From assembly GCA_044351865.1 (NCBI GenBank), contig JBILEY010000001.1, positions 1-52,790 of the forward strand: 52,790 nt of DNA. Direction: 5' to 3'. The translations under genes were made by a program, and so were the position numbers. Of this stretch, positions 35,652 to 43,952 are shown in pieces. Each line of letters begins with the position of its first letter. Positions within the stretch are counted from its first letter, which is position 1. The notes beneath the pieces were generated by a model that saw only the letters and a list, made by a program, of their open reading frames with translations, made no database searches and was not told the origin of the DNA. The stretch is from Planctomycetota bacterium. Lineage in GTDB: Bacteria; Planctomycetota; UBA1135; UBA2386.

Positions 35652-36250
35652 CCGCGCCGCGCGCGTTCCGCGTCACCGTCTACGCATCGTCCAGCGACCA
35701 CGTCGCCGCGCCCTACCACGAGGCCGCCGAGGACCTCGGACGGCGCATCGCCAAGAAGGGCTGGGACCTCGTCTGGGGCGGCGGCAAGCACGGCTTGATG
35801 GGCGCGGTGTCCCGCGGCGCGCGGCTCGCCGGTGGCCGCACGCTCGGCGTCATCCTGCAGGACTTCGTCGACAAGAACGTGCAGTGCCCGGATGCCCACG
35901 AGATGGCGACGGTGGCCGACATGCGCTCGCGCAAGCGCGGGCTCGACGAGGCCGGCGACGCCTACGTGGCGCTGCCCGGCGGTCTCGGCACGTTCGAGGA
36001 ACTGTTCGAGATCCTGTCGTTCAAGGCGCTCGGCTTCCATCGCAAGCCGGTGGTCGTGTTCGACGTCGCCGGCTACTGGCAGCCGATGCTGGCGATGCTC
36101 GAACGCGCGTTCGCGCAGGGCTTCGTGCAGCCGCACTTCCGCGGCCTGTGGACGGTCGCCGACAGCGCGGAGGCGGTGGTCGCGCAGATCGAGTCGACAC
36201 CGCCGTGGACGGCGGCGCCGCGCGATCCCCGCGGCGGCGGCAGCGCATGA
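35648..36250 (+). CDS. LOG family (TIGR00730-type) nucleotide phosphoribohydrolase
   Basis: The GTG overlaps the Nudix stop (GTGA). Motifs WGGGKHGLMGAV and ALPGGLGTFEELFE. Confidence 0.85.
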   Translation: MTAPRAFRVTVYASSSDHVAAPYHEAAEDLGRRIAKKGWDLVWGGGKHGLMGAVSRGARLAGGRTLGVILQDFVDKNVQCPDAHEMATVADMRSRKRGLDEAGDAYVALPGGLGTFEELFEILSFKALGFHRKPVVVFDVAGYWQPMLAMLERAFAQGFVQPHFRGLWTVADSAEAVVAQIESTPPWTAAPRDPRGGGSA

Positions 36251-37020
36251 ACACCGCCGACGACCTGGCGCGCGCGGTCGCCGCGGTGCAGCAGGCGTTC
36301 GTGGTGCTGCGCGCGCACGCGGCGCGGCCGGTCGAGTACGAGCACAAGCACGACGGTGGCCTGGTGACGGCGGCCGACCGCGACGTCGACGACTTGCTGC
36401 GTGCGTTGCTGCCGACGGCGGACGACGGCTGGCTGTCGGAGGAGACCGTCGACGACGAACGGCGCCTGCACTGCCGCCGCGTCTGGGTCGTCGATCCGCT
36501 CGACGGCACGCGCGCGTTCGTCGCGCGCCGGCCCGAGTACACGGTGTCGGTGGCCTTGGTGGTCGACGGCGTGCCGGTGCTCGGTGTCGTCGGCAATCCG
36601 GCCGTCGACGTCGTCATCGCCGGTGGGCCCGGGCTCGGCCTCGAACTCTCGGGCGAGCCGGGCCTCGGCTTCGACGCGGCGGACCCGCGGCCGTGCCTGA
36701 TGGTGAGCCGCAGCGAACACCGCCGCGGCGAGTGGGGATCGCTGCAGCCGCACTGCCAGCTGCGGCCGTGTGGTTCGGTCGCCTACGAGCTGGCGATGGT
36801 CGCTGCCGGCCGCGCCGACGCGACGTGGACCCTGCACCCAAAGCACGAGTGGGACGTCGCCGCCGGGGCCGCGCTGGTCGAGGCCGCCGGCGGTCGCGTC
36901 TGGTTGCCGCGCGGCGGACACCTGCGCTGGAACCGCTCGCGGCCGCGCTTCCTCAGCTTCGGCGCCGTCGGCGCCGGCCGCCGTGCGGCGCTGGGGTCGT
37001 GGCCGCCGGGACTGGCCTGA
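36247..37020 (+). CDS. Inositol monophosphatase family protein (CysQ/SuhB-like phosphatase)
   Basis: The ATG overlaps the LOG stop (ATGA). Motifs WLSEET, WVVDPLDGT and EWDVAAGAALVEAAGG. Confidence 0.85.
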   Translation: MNTADDLARAVAAVQQAFVVLRAHAARPVEYEHKHDGGLVTAADRDVDDLLRALLPTADDGWLSEETVDDERRLHCRRVWVVDPLDGTRAFVARRPEYTVSVALVVDGVPVLGVVGNPAVDVVIAGGPGLGLELSGEPGLGFDAADPRPCLMVSRSEHRRGEWGSLQPHCQLRPCGSVAYELAMVAAGRADATWTLHPKHEWDVAAGAALVEAAGGRVWLPRGGHLRWNRSRPRFLSFGAVGAGRRAALGSWPPGLA

Positions 37021-37050
37021 CCGGGCGTCGTCGCCGGCCGTCGAACGCGC

Positions 37051-37458
37051 TCAATCGCGCAGCATGGCGCGCGCGAAGATGTCGCTGGTGCTGATGACGC
37101 CGACGACGTCGGTGCCGTCGACGACCGGCATGCGGCGGATGCCGCTCATGCGCATCAGGTTGATGCAGTCGCGCACGTTCGCCTGCGGTGCCACGCAGAT
37201 CGCCGGGCGCGTCATCACGTCGCCGACGCGCAGCTGGTCGAGCACCGCCGGATCGTGGCTGCCGAGCAGGTTGACGATGTCCTTGTTGGTGATGATGCCC
37301 GGCAGGTCGGCGGGGTCGTCGCCGCGCACCAGCAGCGCGCGCAGTCCGTGCTGGGCCATGCGTTCGCCCGCCGTGCGCAGGTTGTCGTTGGCGCTGGCCC
37401 ACTGGATCTCGGTCTTCATCAGTTCGCGGGCGCGCAGCTTGTGCAGTTCCATGGTCAT
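37051..37458 (-). CDS. CBS domain pair protein
   Basis: 135 aa with two CBS repeats (LLVRGDDPADLPGIITNKDIV; MPVVDGTDVVGVISTSDIF). The ATG overlaps the stop of the upstream gene (ATGA). Confidence 0.85.
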   Translation of the reverse strand: MTMELHKLRARELMKTEIQWASANDNLRTAGERMAQHGLRALLVRGDDPADLPGIITNKDIVNLLGSHDPAVLDQLRVGDVMTRPAICVAPQANVRDCINLMRMSGIRRMPVVDGTDVVGVISTSDIFARAMLRD

Positions 37459-38792
37459 GGCAGGTTCTCCTCGACGATGCGGTCGTTCGGTTCGTCCCAG
37501 CAGAGCCGCAGGCGCTGGCGCGGGACGTCGCTGGCGAACGTGCGTTCGCCGAACTGGATGCGCACGCCAGGGTGCAGCGTGTCGTGGATCTCGACCACGG
37601 CGGTGCGCAGGCGCTCGCGCTGCAGCAGGCGCAGGCGGATCATCGCCTGCTGGGCCGGGTTGGTCGCGCGCACGACGTCGCGGGCGACCTTGGCGCCGCG
37701 TCCGGGCTCGTTGCGACCGCGTTGCAGTGCTCGATCGGCGACCTTCAGGTCCGTGATCGCCTGGCGGATCAGTTCGGCCTCGTCGTCGGTGACGTCGGCG
37801 ACGACGAACGTGGTCGGCGAACCGATCGGTGTGCCGGCGGTGCGCACGACGATCGCGTCCTTGGCGCGCAGCTCGCCGCCGAAGACCGTGCCGCGGCCGC
37901 TGGTGGCGACGATGCGGCTCGCGTGCAGGCGGCAGTGGCTCGCCTGGTCGCCGAACGTCAGGGCGTCGCGCGCGCGCAGCTGGGCGCCGGTGGCGTGGCG
38001 GCAGTAGAGATCGGTGCCAGCGGTCACCGCGGCGTGGCCGCCCAGCACGCCCTGGTCGACGATCACCTTGCCGCCCGCGGTCACGGTCGCATCGAGCACG
38101 GCGCCGGTGACGCGCACGTCGGCGGTGGCGTCGACGGTGAAGCCCTCGTGAACGTCGCCGCGCACCTCGATGGCGCCGTCGCTGTGCAGGTTGCCCGACT
38201 CGTAGTCGACGTCGCCGCTGTGCACGTAGAACGGCACCACGTCGACCAGCGGGGGAACCAGCACCAGGGCACCGCCGCGCAGCGAGAACAGGCGGTCGCC
38301 CTCTTGCCGCAGCCCGGGGCCGATGCGCACCCGCAACGGCGCCCCTGGCTTGCTCGGCAAGGCCCGCCCTTGCACCGATCGGCCGGGGGTGCCGTTGCCG
38401 GGTTCGACCAACGTGGCGACGCACACGTCGGCGGTGACCGGCAGCAGGCACTGCCGTTCGCGGTAGTCGATGTGGCCGTCGGCGTGCGGTCGGCCGGGGC
38501 GCAGGCCGGGCGGGCCGAGGACCATCAGGCGGCCGTCGTCGCCGGCGATCGGTGCGGTGCCGCGCGCGACCACGGCCTTGCCGACCCATTCCGGCTGCAC
38601 CAGGGTGTTCGCCAGCTGGGCGATCGCCGCGTCGTCGAGGCCGAACACCACGTTGGCCTGCGCCAGCTCGTTGCGCAGCTCCGCCTCGGTGCACGGGGCG
38701 CCCTTGGCCACGTGAACTTCAGCCGACAGTCCGTCGGCGGCGACGACGATGCGCAGTCGGCCCACGGGAAGGGCATCGACCTCGGCGGCCAA
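37455..38792 (-). CDS. FapA/DUF342 family protein
   Basis: TTG start with an AAGGA Shine-Dalgarno sequence. The central beta-helix-like repeats are GDVDYESGNLHSDGAIEVRGDVHEGFTVDATADVRVTGAVLDATVTAGGKVIV. The C-terminal helix is typical of DUF342. Confidence 0.6.
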   Translation of the reverse strand: MAAEVDALPVGRLRIVVAADGLSAEVHVAKGAPCTEAELRNELAQANVVFGLDDAAIAQLANTLVQPEWVGKAVVARGTAPIAGDDGRLMVLGPPGLRPGRPHADGHIDYRERQCLLPVTADVCVATLVEPGNGTPGRSVQGRALPSKPGAPLRVRIGPGLRQEGDRLFSLRGGALVLVPPLVDVVPFYVHSGDVDYESGNLHSDGAIEVRGDVHEGFTVDATADVRVTGAVLDATVTAGGKVIVDQGVLGGHAAVTAGTDLYCRHATGAQLRARDALTFGDQASHCRLHASRIVATSGRGTVFGGELRAKDAIVVRTAGTPIGSPTTFVVADVTDDEAELIRQAITDLKVADRALQRGRNEPGRGAKVARDVVRATNPAQQAMIRLRLLQRERLRTAVVEIHDTLHPGVRIQFGERTFASDVPRQRLRLCWDEPNDRIVEENLP

Positions 38793-38840
38793 CGGCCTTG
38801 TTCCTTCTTGGCGGCCCTGCTTGCCCGGCGGAACCGTCGT

Positions 38841-39692
38841 TCAGCGGACGACGGCGGCTCGGTCGTCGGTGCGGTGCACCGGGATCTGCACCTCGAAGTA
38901 GCGGCGGGCGCGGCCGACCATCGGGCTGTTGTAGCCCATCGTGCGCAGCGGCCCGGCGGCGACCCACTGCGGGTTCTCCCGCAGCCAGGCGAGCAGGCGC
39001 TCGCGCATCGCGGCGACGGTGTCGTTGCGCTCCTCGCCGATGGCGCCGAGGCTCAGCACGGTCGTCGGCGGCAGGTTCTCGATCGTCACGTCCTTGCCGA
39101 CCTGCTCCGGCTGCTTGCTCGGGTCGCCGTAGAGGAACGCCATGCGCGCCGGCTTCTGCCGTTCGCCCGACTCCGTCCAGTCGACCTGCACCGGCGCCGT
39201 CATCGCGATGTCGTTGTCCTTGATGTGCTGGAACAGCGGCCAGAACGCGCCCATCGGCCCGCCGGCCTTCATCTCGGTGCGCACCATGCGGCAGGCGGGG
39301 TAGTGGCGGAGCTCCAGTTCGTCGACGGCGGTGAACGTGGGGAACCCGGCCGGCAGCTCGGCTTCGCGCAGCGGCTCGAAGGTCAGGGTAGTCACCAGGT
39401 CGCCCAGATCGCTGCGCAGGCGCTTGCCGGCGCGCGCCGCGTCGGCGGCCAGGTTGGCCGTGCGCAGCGCCCGGTCGAGGGCGATGCGGGCGCTCGAGTC
39501 CGCCGGCAGGCGCACGCCGGCGATCGCGGCGAGGGCGACCGTGGTCGCCACGTCGGCTTCGGCGTCGATCGCAGCCTGCACCCCGGTGGCAGCCAGCTTG
39601 CGGCCCGGCAGGTCGTCCTGGTGTAGCAGGCGTTGCTGGGCAACCAGCGGCGAGAGGAACAGGGCCGAAGCGAGCAGGGCGGAGCGCAGCAT
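38841..39692 (-). CDS. SOUL haem-binding family protein, secreted
   Basis: Signal MLRSALLASALFLSPLVAQQ. SOUL-like core ELRHYPACRMVRTEM...AFWPLFQHIKDNDIAMTAPV. Confidence 0.6.
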   Translation of the reverse strand: MLRSALLASALFLSPLVAQQRLLHQDDLPGRKLAATGVQAAIDAEADVATTVALAAIAGVRLPADSSARIALDRALRTANLAADAARAGKRLRSDLGDLVTTLTFEPLREAELPAGFPTFTAVDELELRHYPACRMVRTEMKAGGPMGAFWPLFQHIKDNDIAMTAPVQVDWTESGERQKPARMAFLYGDPSKQPEQVGKDVTIENLPPTTVLSLGAIGEERNDTVAAMRERLLAWLRENPQWVAAGPLRTMGYNSPMVGRARRYFEVQIPVHRTDDRAAVVR

Positions 39693-39813
39693 GGAGCGTC
39701 ATTCGCCGCACCGGCGGGCGCGGATGCGCTGGCGTCCGACGGCGCGCCGTTGGCAAGGCGACTTCGCCGCGCGCTCATTCCCGCGAAGTCAGCCGGTCGA
39801 TGAGACCGACGAA

Positions 39814-40662
39814 ATGGAGACCGGTACATCGGACCTCTCGCGTGTGTTCGCCCGGCAGATCGCCGACCGCAAGGTCGAGCTGCCGCCGATGCCGGCCACC
39901 GCATCCGAGGTGATGTCGCTCTGCCAGCAGGAGACCACCGACGCGGCCAAGCTGTCGGCGGTCATCCATCGCGACCAGACCATCGCCTCGAACGTGCTGC
40001 GCGTCGCCAACAGTGCCGCCTATGCCGGCCAGGTCGCCTGCTCGTCGCTGCAGCAGGCGGTCAGTCGCCTCGGCATGCAGTTGATCACCGAGATCGCCAT
40101 GGCGGTGTCGGTGCGCGGCCGCATGTTCGCGAACAAGGCCTGCGCCGAACTGCTGGCCGTGCTGTGGAAGCACTCGGTGCTGACCGGCTTCTTCACCAAG
40201 GAGATCGCGCGCACGCGCCGAGGCAACGTCGAGATCGCCTTCCTCGGTGGCCTGTTGCACGACGTCGGCAAGTCGGTGCTGCTGAACAACGTCGACAAGG
40301 TGCTCGGCAAGAACGAGCTGACGCTGCCGGTGTCGTACCTGCTCGACGCGGTCAACGAGCAGCACGTGGCTGCGGGCACGCTGCTGGCGAAGGAGTGGAA
40401 GCTGCCGGAGCAGATCGCCGAGGGGATCCAATGCCACCACAACGTCGCCGCCGCCACGCGTTTCGCCGAGATGGCGATGACCGTGGCCCTGGCCGACGCG
40501 CTGGCGCACTTCGTGGCGCCGTCGCAGCTGGAGACGCCGCTGACCGAGGAGCAGCTGCGCCAGCATCCCGTGCTGGTCGGCCTGAACCTGTATCCGGACC
40601 AGCTCGACGCCTTGATCAAGATGAAGGACCGCGCCCTGCTGGTGACGGAGGGAATGAAGTGA
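39814..40662 (+). CDS. HDOD domain protein
   Basis: LPPMPATASEVMSLCQQETTDAAKLSAVIHRDQTIASNVLRVANSAAY ... GGLLHDVGKSVL is the HDOD signature. Confidence 0.85.
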   Translation: METGTSDLSRVFARQIADRKVELPPMPATASEVMSLCQQETTDAAKLSAVIHRDQTIASNVLRVANSAAYAGQVACSSLQQAVSRLGMQLITEIAMAVSVRGRMFANKACAELLAVLWKHSVLTGFFTKEIARTRRGNVEIAFLGGLLHDVGKSVLLNNVDKVLGKNELTLPVSYLLDAVNEQHVAAGTLLAKEWKLPEQIAEGIQCHHNVAAATRFAEMAMTVALADALAHFVAPSQLETPLTEEQLRQHPVLVGLNLYPDQLDALIKMKDRALLVTEGMK

Positions 40663-42086
40663 AGCCGCGCATCGAGGATTGGGACGTCGTCGTCGTCGGC
40701 AGCGGCCCGGCCGGCCAGAAGGCCGCCGTGCAGGCGGTCAAGTCCGGCAAGCGCGTCTGCCTGATCGAGAAGGAGGTCGGCGTCGGCGGGGCCTGCGTGC
40801 ACCGCAGCACGATCCCGAGCAAGACGTTGCGCGAGACGGCGCTGCACCTCAGCGAGCTGCGCACGCGCCTCGGCCAGCACGTCAAGGTCGAGATGCCGCC
40901 GGACCTGCAGCTCGCGAGCCTGATGTCGCGCATGCAGAAAGTGGTCACCGCCCACGTCGAATACCAGTCGCGGCAGATGGTGCGCAACGGCATCGAGCAG
41001 TTGCACGGGCGCGCGCGCTTCGTCGATCCGCACACGCTGACCATCGAGGACGTGCGCGGCCAGCTGCGGCACGTGCGCGGCGAGGTGATCGTCGTCGCCA
41101 CCGGTTCGCGGCCGCGCACGCCGCCGGAAGTGCCGGTCGACCACGAGAACGTCTACGACAGCGACTCCGTGCTCAGCATGGCGTACCTGCCGAAGTCGCT
41201 GACGGTGCTCGGCAGCGGCGTCATCGCCTCGGAGTACGCGACGATCTTCGCCGCGCTCGGCGTGCAGGTGACGATGATCGACAAGGCCGAACGGCCGTTG
41301 GCGTTCGTCGACAAGGAGATCACCGACCGCTTCGTCGAGTCGTTCGAACTGCATCCTGGCTGTGTCTTCGTCGGTCGGGCCAAGCTCGAGTCGGTGACGT
41401 GGAACGGCGTCGACGCGGTCGTCACGCGGCTCGACAACGGCTGGCAGGTGAGCTCCGAGAAGCTGCTGTGCGCGCTCGGCCGCGTCGCCAACGTCGAGGA
41501 CCTGGCGATCGGCAACGCCGGGCTCGCCGTCAACGAGCGCGGCCACATCGGCGTCGACCACGACTGCCGCACCGTGGTGCCGCACATCTTCGCCGTCGGC
41601 GACGTCATCGGCCCGCCGTCGTTGGCGTCGGCGTCGATGGAGCAGGGCCGTCGCGCGATGCGCGCCGCCCTGCGGCTGCCGGTCACCGGCGAGGTCGACT
41701 TGATCCCGACCGGCATCTACACGCTGCCGGAGATCGGCTGTGTCGGCATGAGCGAGGCCGAGGCACGCAAGGTGCACGGCGACGTCGTCGTCGGGCGCGC
41801 GCGGTTCGCCGAACTGGCGCGCGGCCAGATCGCCGGCAACGCCGAAGGCATCTGCAAGGTCGTGGTGTCGCCGAGCACGCTGAAGATCCTCGGCTGCCAG
41901 ATCGTCGGCGAAGGCGCCACCGAACTCGTGCACCTGGCGCAGATGGCGATGATGACCGGCGCCGACATCACGATGTTCGTCGACAGGGTCTTCAACTTCC
42001 CGACGCTGGCCGAGGCCTACCGCGTCGCCGCGCTCGACATCATGGAGCAGCTGGCGGAGCGGGCGAAGGCCACCGTCGCGCGCTGA
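40659..42086 (+). CDS. sthA: Soluble pyridine nucleotide transhydrogenase (SthA-type flavoprotein of the pyridine nucleotide-disulfide oxidoreductase family)
   Basis: The GTG overlaps the HDOD stop. FAD motif VVVVGSGPAGQKAA. Single-Cys motif GGACVHRSTIPSK, which is SthA-like rather than the CxxxxC of Lpd. NAD motif VLGSGVIASEYA. C-terminal dimerisation domain. Confidence 0.75.
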   Translation: MKPRIEDWDVVVVGSGPAGQKAAVQAVKSGKRVCLIEKEVGVGGACVHRSTIPSKTLRETALHLSELRTRLGQHVKVEMPPDLQLASLMSRMQKVVTAHVEYQSRQMVRNGIEQLHGRARFVDPHTLTIEDVRGQLRHVRGEVIVVATGSRPRTPPEVPVDHENVYDSDSVLSMAYLPKSLTVLGSGVIASEYATIFAALGVQVTMIDKAERPLAFVDKEITDRFVESFELHPGCVFVGRAKLESVTWNGVDAVVTRLDNGWQVSSEKLLCALGRVANVEDLAIGNAGLAVNERGHIGVDHDCRTVVPHIFAVGDVIGPPSLASASMEQGRRAMRAALRLPVTGEVDLIPTGIYTLPEIGCVGMSEAEARKVHGDVVVGRARFAELARGQIAGNAEGICKVVVSPSTLKILGCQIVGEGATELVHLAQMAMMTGADITMFVDRVFNFPTLAEAYRVAALDIMEQLAERAKATVAR

Positions 42087-42094
42087 GTCGCGGC

Positions 42095-42871
42095 TCACCG
42101 CGCGCGCGTCAGTACTTCGGCGAACCACCACAAGCCGCCGTCGGAGCGAAGCAGCGAGCCGGGTTCTGGCGTCGGCTCCGGCCGCGGCAGCGACGCCGGC
42201 GGCAGGGCCCCGAGCGCCAGCTGCGGCAGCGCGCAGCGGTCGAGTTGACGGCCACCGCCGACCAGGTGGGCCTGGCCGAGCACGACGACGACGAGATGGT
42301 CGGCGTGGGCTTCGGCGAGTGCCGCGACGCGCGCCGCGATCGCCGGGTCGCGCCGCCCGAGCGGTGGCCGCGGGATCGGCTCCAGGGCGCGCACCGGCGC
42401 GCCGTGTTCACGCGCGAACGCCAGCAACCAGCGGTAGAACCACGGGTCGAGCGCCTCGTCGTCGAGCCACGAGCCGGGCCAGCGCGCGCGGAGACGCCGG
42501 CGCAGTTCGTCGAGGTCGATGCCGCCGGCGACGAACGTGCCGACGTCGGCTTCGTCCTCGCTGCCGATCGCCTCCAGCGCCAGCAGCAGCGGCCGGCCCG
42601 TCCGGCGCACTTCCTCGAGCAGGCCGCCCTGCAGCGTGTGCAGCGCGTGGTCCTTGTGGTGGTCGCCGAGCCACAGCACGCGCACCTCGCGCGTGCTGGC
42701 GACGAACGCGTTCCGGTCGCGCTGCGCATCGAAGCGCGTGCCGCAGGCGGCTGCGAAGTCCTCGCGGTAGGCGTCGAGCGAGCGCGCCGACTCGTCGCGG
42801 CCAAAGCGCCCCGGCACGCAACTGGCTGCGAGCAACGACGTGGCGATGGCGAGGGGGAGGCGAACGGGCAT
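42095..42871 (-). CDS. ChaN-like (haem-binding uptake, Tiki superfamily) lipoprotein
   Basis: Lipobox LLAASC. VLWLGDHHKDHALHTLQGGLL ... VVVVLGQAHL resembles ChaN/DUF399. The assignment is tentative. Confidence 0.45.
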   Translation of the reverse strand: MPVRLPLAIATSLLAASCVPGRFGRDESARSLDAYREDFAAACGTRFDAQRDRNAFVASTREVRVLWLGDHHKDHALHTLQGGLLEEVRRTGRPLLLALEAIGSEDEADVGTFVAGGIDLDELRRRLRARWPGSWLDDEALDPWFYRWLLAFAREHGAPVRALEPIPRPPLGRRDPAIAARVAALAEAHADHLVVVVLGQAHLVGGGRQLDRCALPQLALGALPPASLPRPEPTPEPGSLLRSDGGLWWFAEVLTRAR

Positions 42872-42901
42872 GATGCGGCGCCCAGACTCGTCGAGGTCCC
42901 C

Positions 42902-43828
42902 GTGCCGCGCAAGTTGTCGTCGTCTTCGTCCGTTCGTTCTCCGTCTCGCAGTTCCCGCCGGCCCGTTCGTTCCGCCGCCGCGACCCCGGCCGCGACCCCG
43001 GCCGCGTCTTCGGCCGCGGCACCAGCGGTCGCCCCGGCCGGTGCGCCGAACGCCGCAGCACCGCTGCAGGGCCGCCGCTGCCTCGTCACCGGTGGTGGCA
43101 CGGGCATCGGTGCTGGCATCGCGCAGGTGCTGGCGCGGGCCGGGGCCTCGCTGGTGCTGCTCGGGCGCCGCAAGCAACCGCTGCAGCAGGTCGCGAACGA
43201 TCTGCGCGCTCGCGGCGCCACCGTCGACGTGGTGACCGCCGATGTGCGCGATGCCGCGGCGGTCGGCAAGGCCGTCGACCTCGCGGCCAAGCGCCTCGGC
43301 GGCCTCGAAGTGCTGGTCAACAACGCCGGCGTCGGCGGCCCGAACGGTTGCGCCACCCCTGGTCCCGATCGCTGGGACGAGATCGTGCGCACCAACCTCG
43401 ACGGCATGTTCTTCACCACGCGCGCGGCGCTTCGCCACCTGCCCAACGGCGGCCGCATCGTCAACGTCAGCTCCGTGCTCGGCCGCTTCGGTGTCCCCGG
43501 CTACACGGCCTACTGCGCCAGCAAGCACGGCGTCATCGGCTTCGGCAAGGCGCTGGCGCACGAGCTGGCCCCGCGGCGCATCACCGTCAACACGGTGTGC
43601 CCGGGTTGGACCGACACCGAGATGGCGCGCGCCGGCTTGCAGCTGCTGGCCGACGGCATGCAGGTCGAGTTCGCCAAGGCGAAGGCCGCGGCGATGGCGC
43701 AGGTGCCGCTCGGCCGCATGCTCGATCCGGCCGAGATCGGCGAACTGGTTGCGTGGCTGTGTTCGCCGGCAGCGGCCGGCATGACCGGGCAGGCGATCAG
43801 CCACTGCGGTGGCTCGACGATGTGGTGA
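42902..43828 (+). CDS. Short-chain dehydrogenase/reductase (SDR); start uncertain
   Basis: TGGGTGIG, NNAG and YxxxK (YCASKHG) motifs. The only canonical in-frame starts are GTG 42902 and TTG 42914. Either adds a ~55-aa Ser/Pro/Ala-rich N-terminus. Confidence 0.75.
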   Translation: MPRKLSSSSSVRSPSRSSRRPVRSAAATPAATPAASSAAAPAVAPAGAPNAAAPLQGRRCLVTGGGTGIGAGIAQVLARAGASLVLLGRRKQPLQQVANDLRARGATVDVVTADVRDAAAVGKAVDLAAKRLGGLEVLVNNAGVGGPNGCATPGPDRWDEIVRTNLDGMFFTTRAALRHLPNGGRIVNVSSVLGRFGVPGYTAYCASKHGVIGFGKALAHELAPRRITVNTVCPGWTDTEMARAGLQLLADGMQVEFAKAKAAAMAQVPLGRMLDPAEIGELVAWLCSPAAAGMTGQAISHCGGSTMW

Positions 43829-43849
43829 GTCCACGCCTGGGACGGGCGA

Positions 43850-43886
43850 CGCGACGTTGCCACCGCTCGTTCGCGGCGACGTCGCG
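43850..43886 (+). terminator. GC-rich hairpin downstream of the SDR gene
   Basis: CGCGACGT (43850-43857) pairs with ACGTCGCG (43879-43886), and an inner CCGC/GCGG pair lies within. It starts 22 nt after the stop at 43828. There is no T-run. Confidence 0.35.
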
Positions 43887-43952
43887 ACATCGACCGCGGC
43901 CGGTTGCCGCCGCGGGGTAATGTGGATCGCCGGGCTCCGCTTGGCGTCCGCC

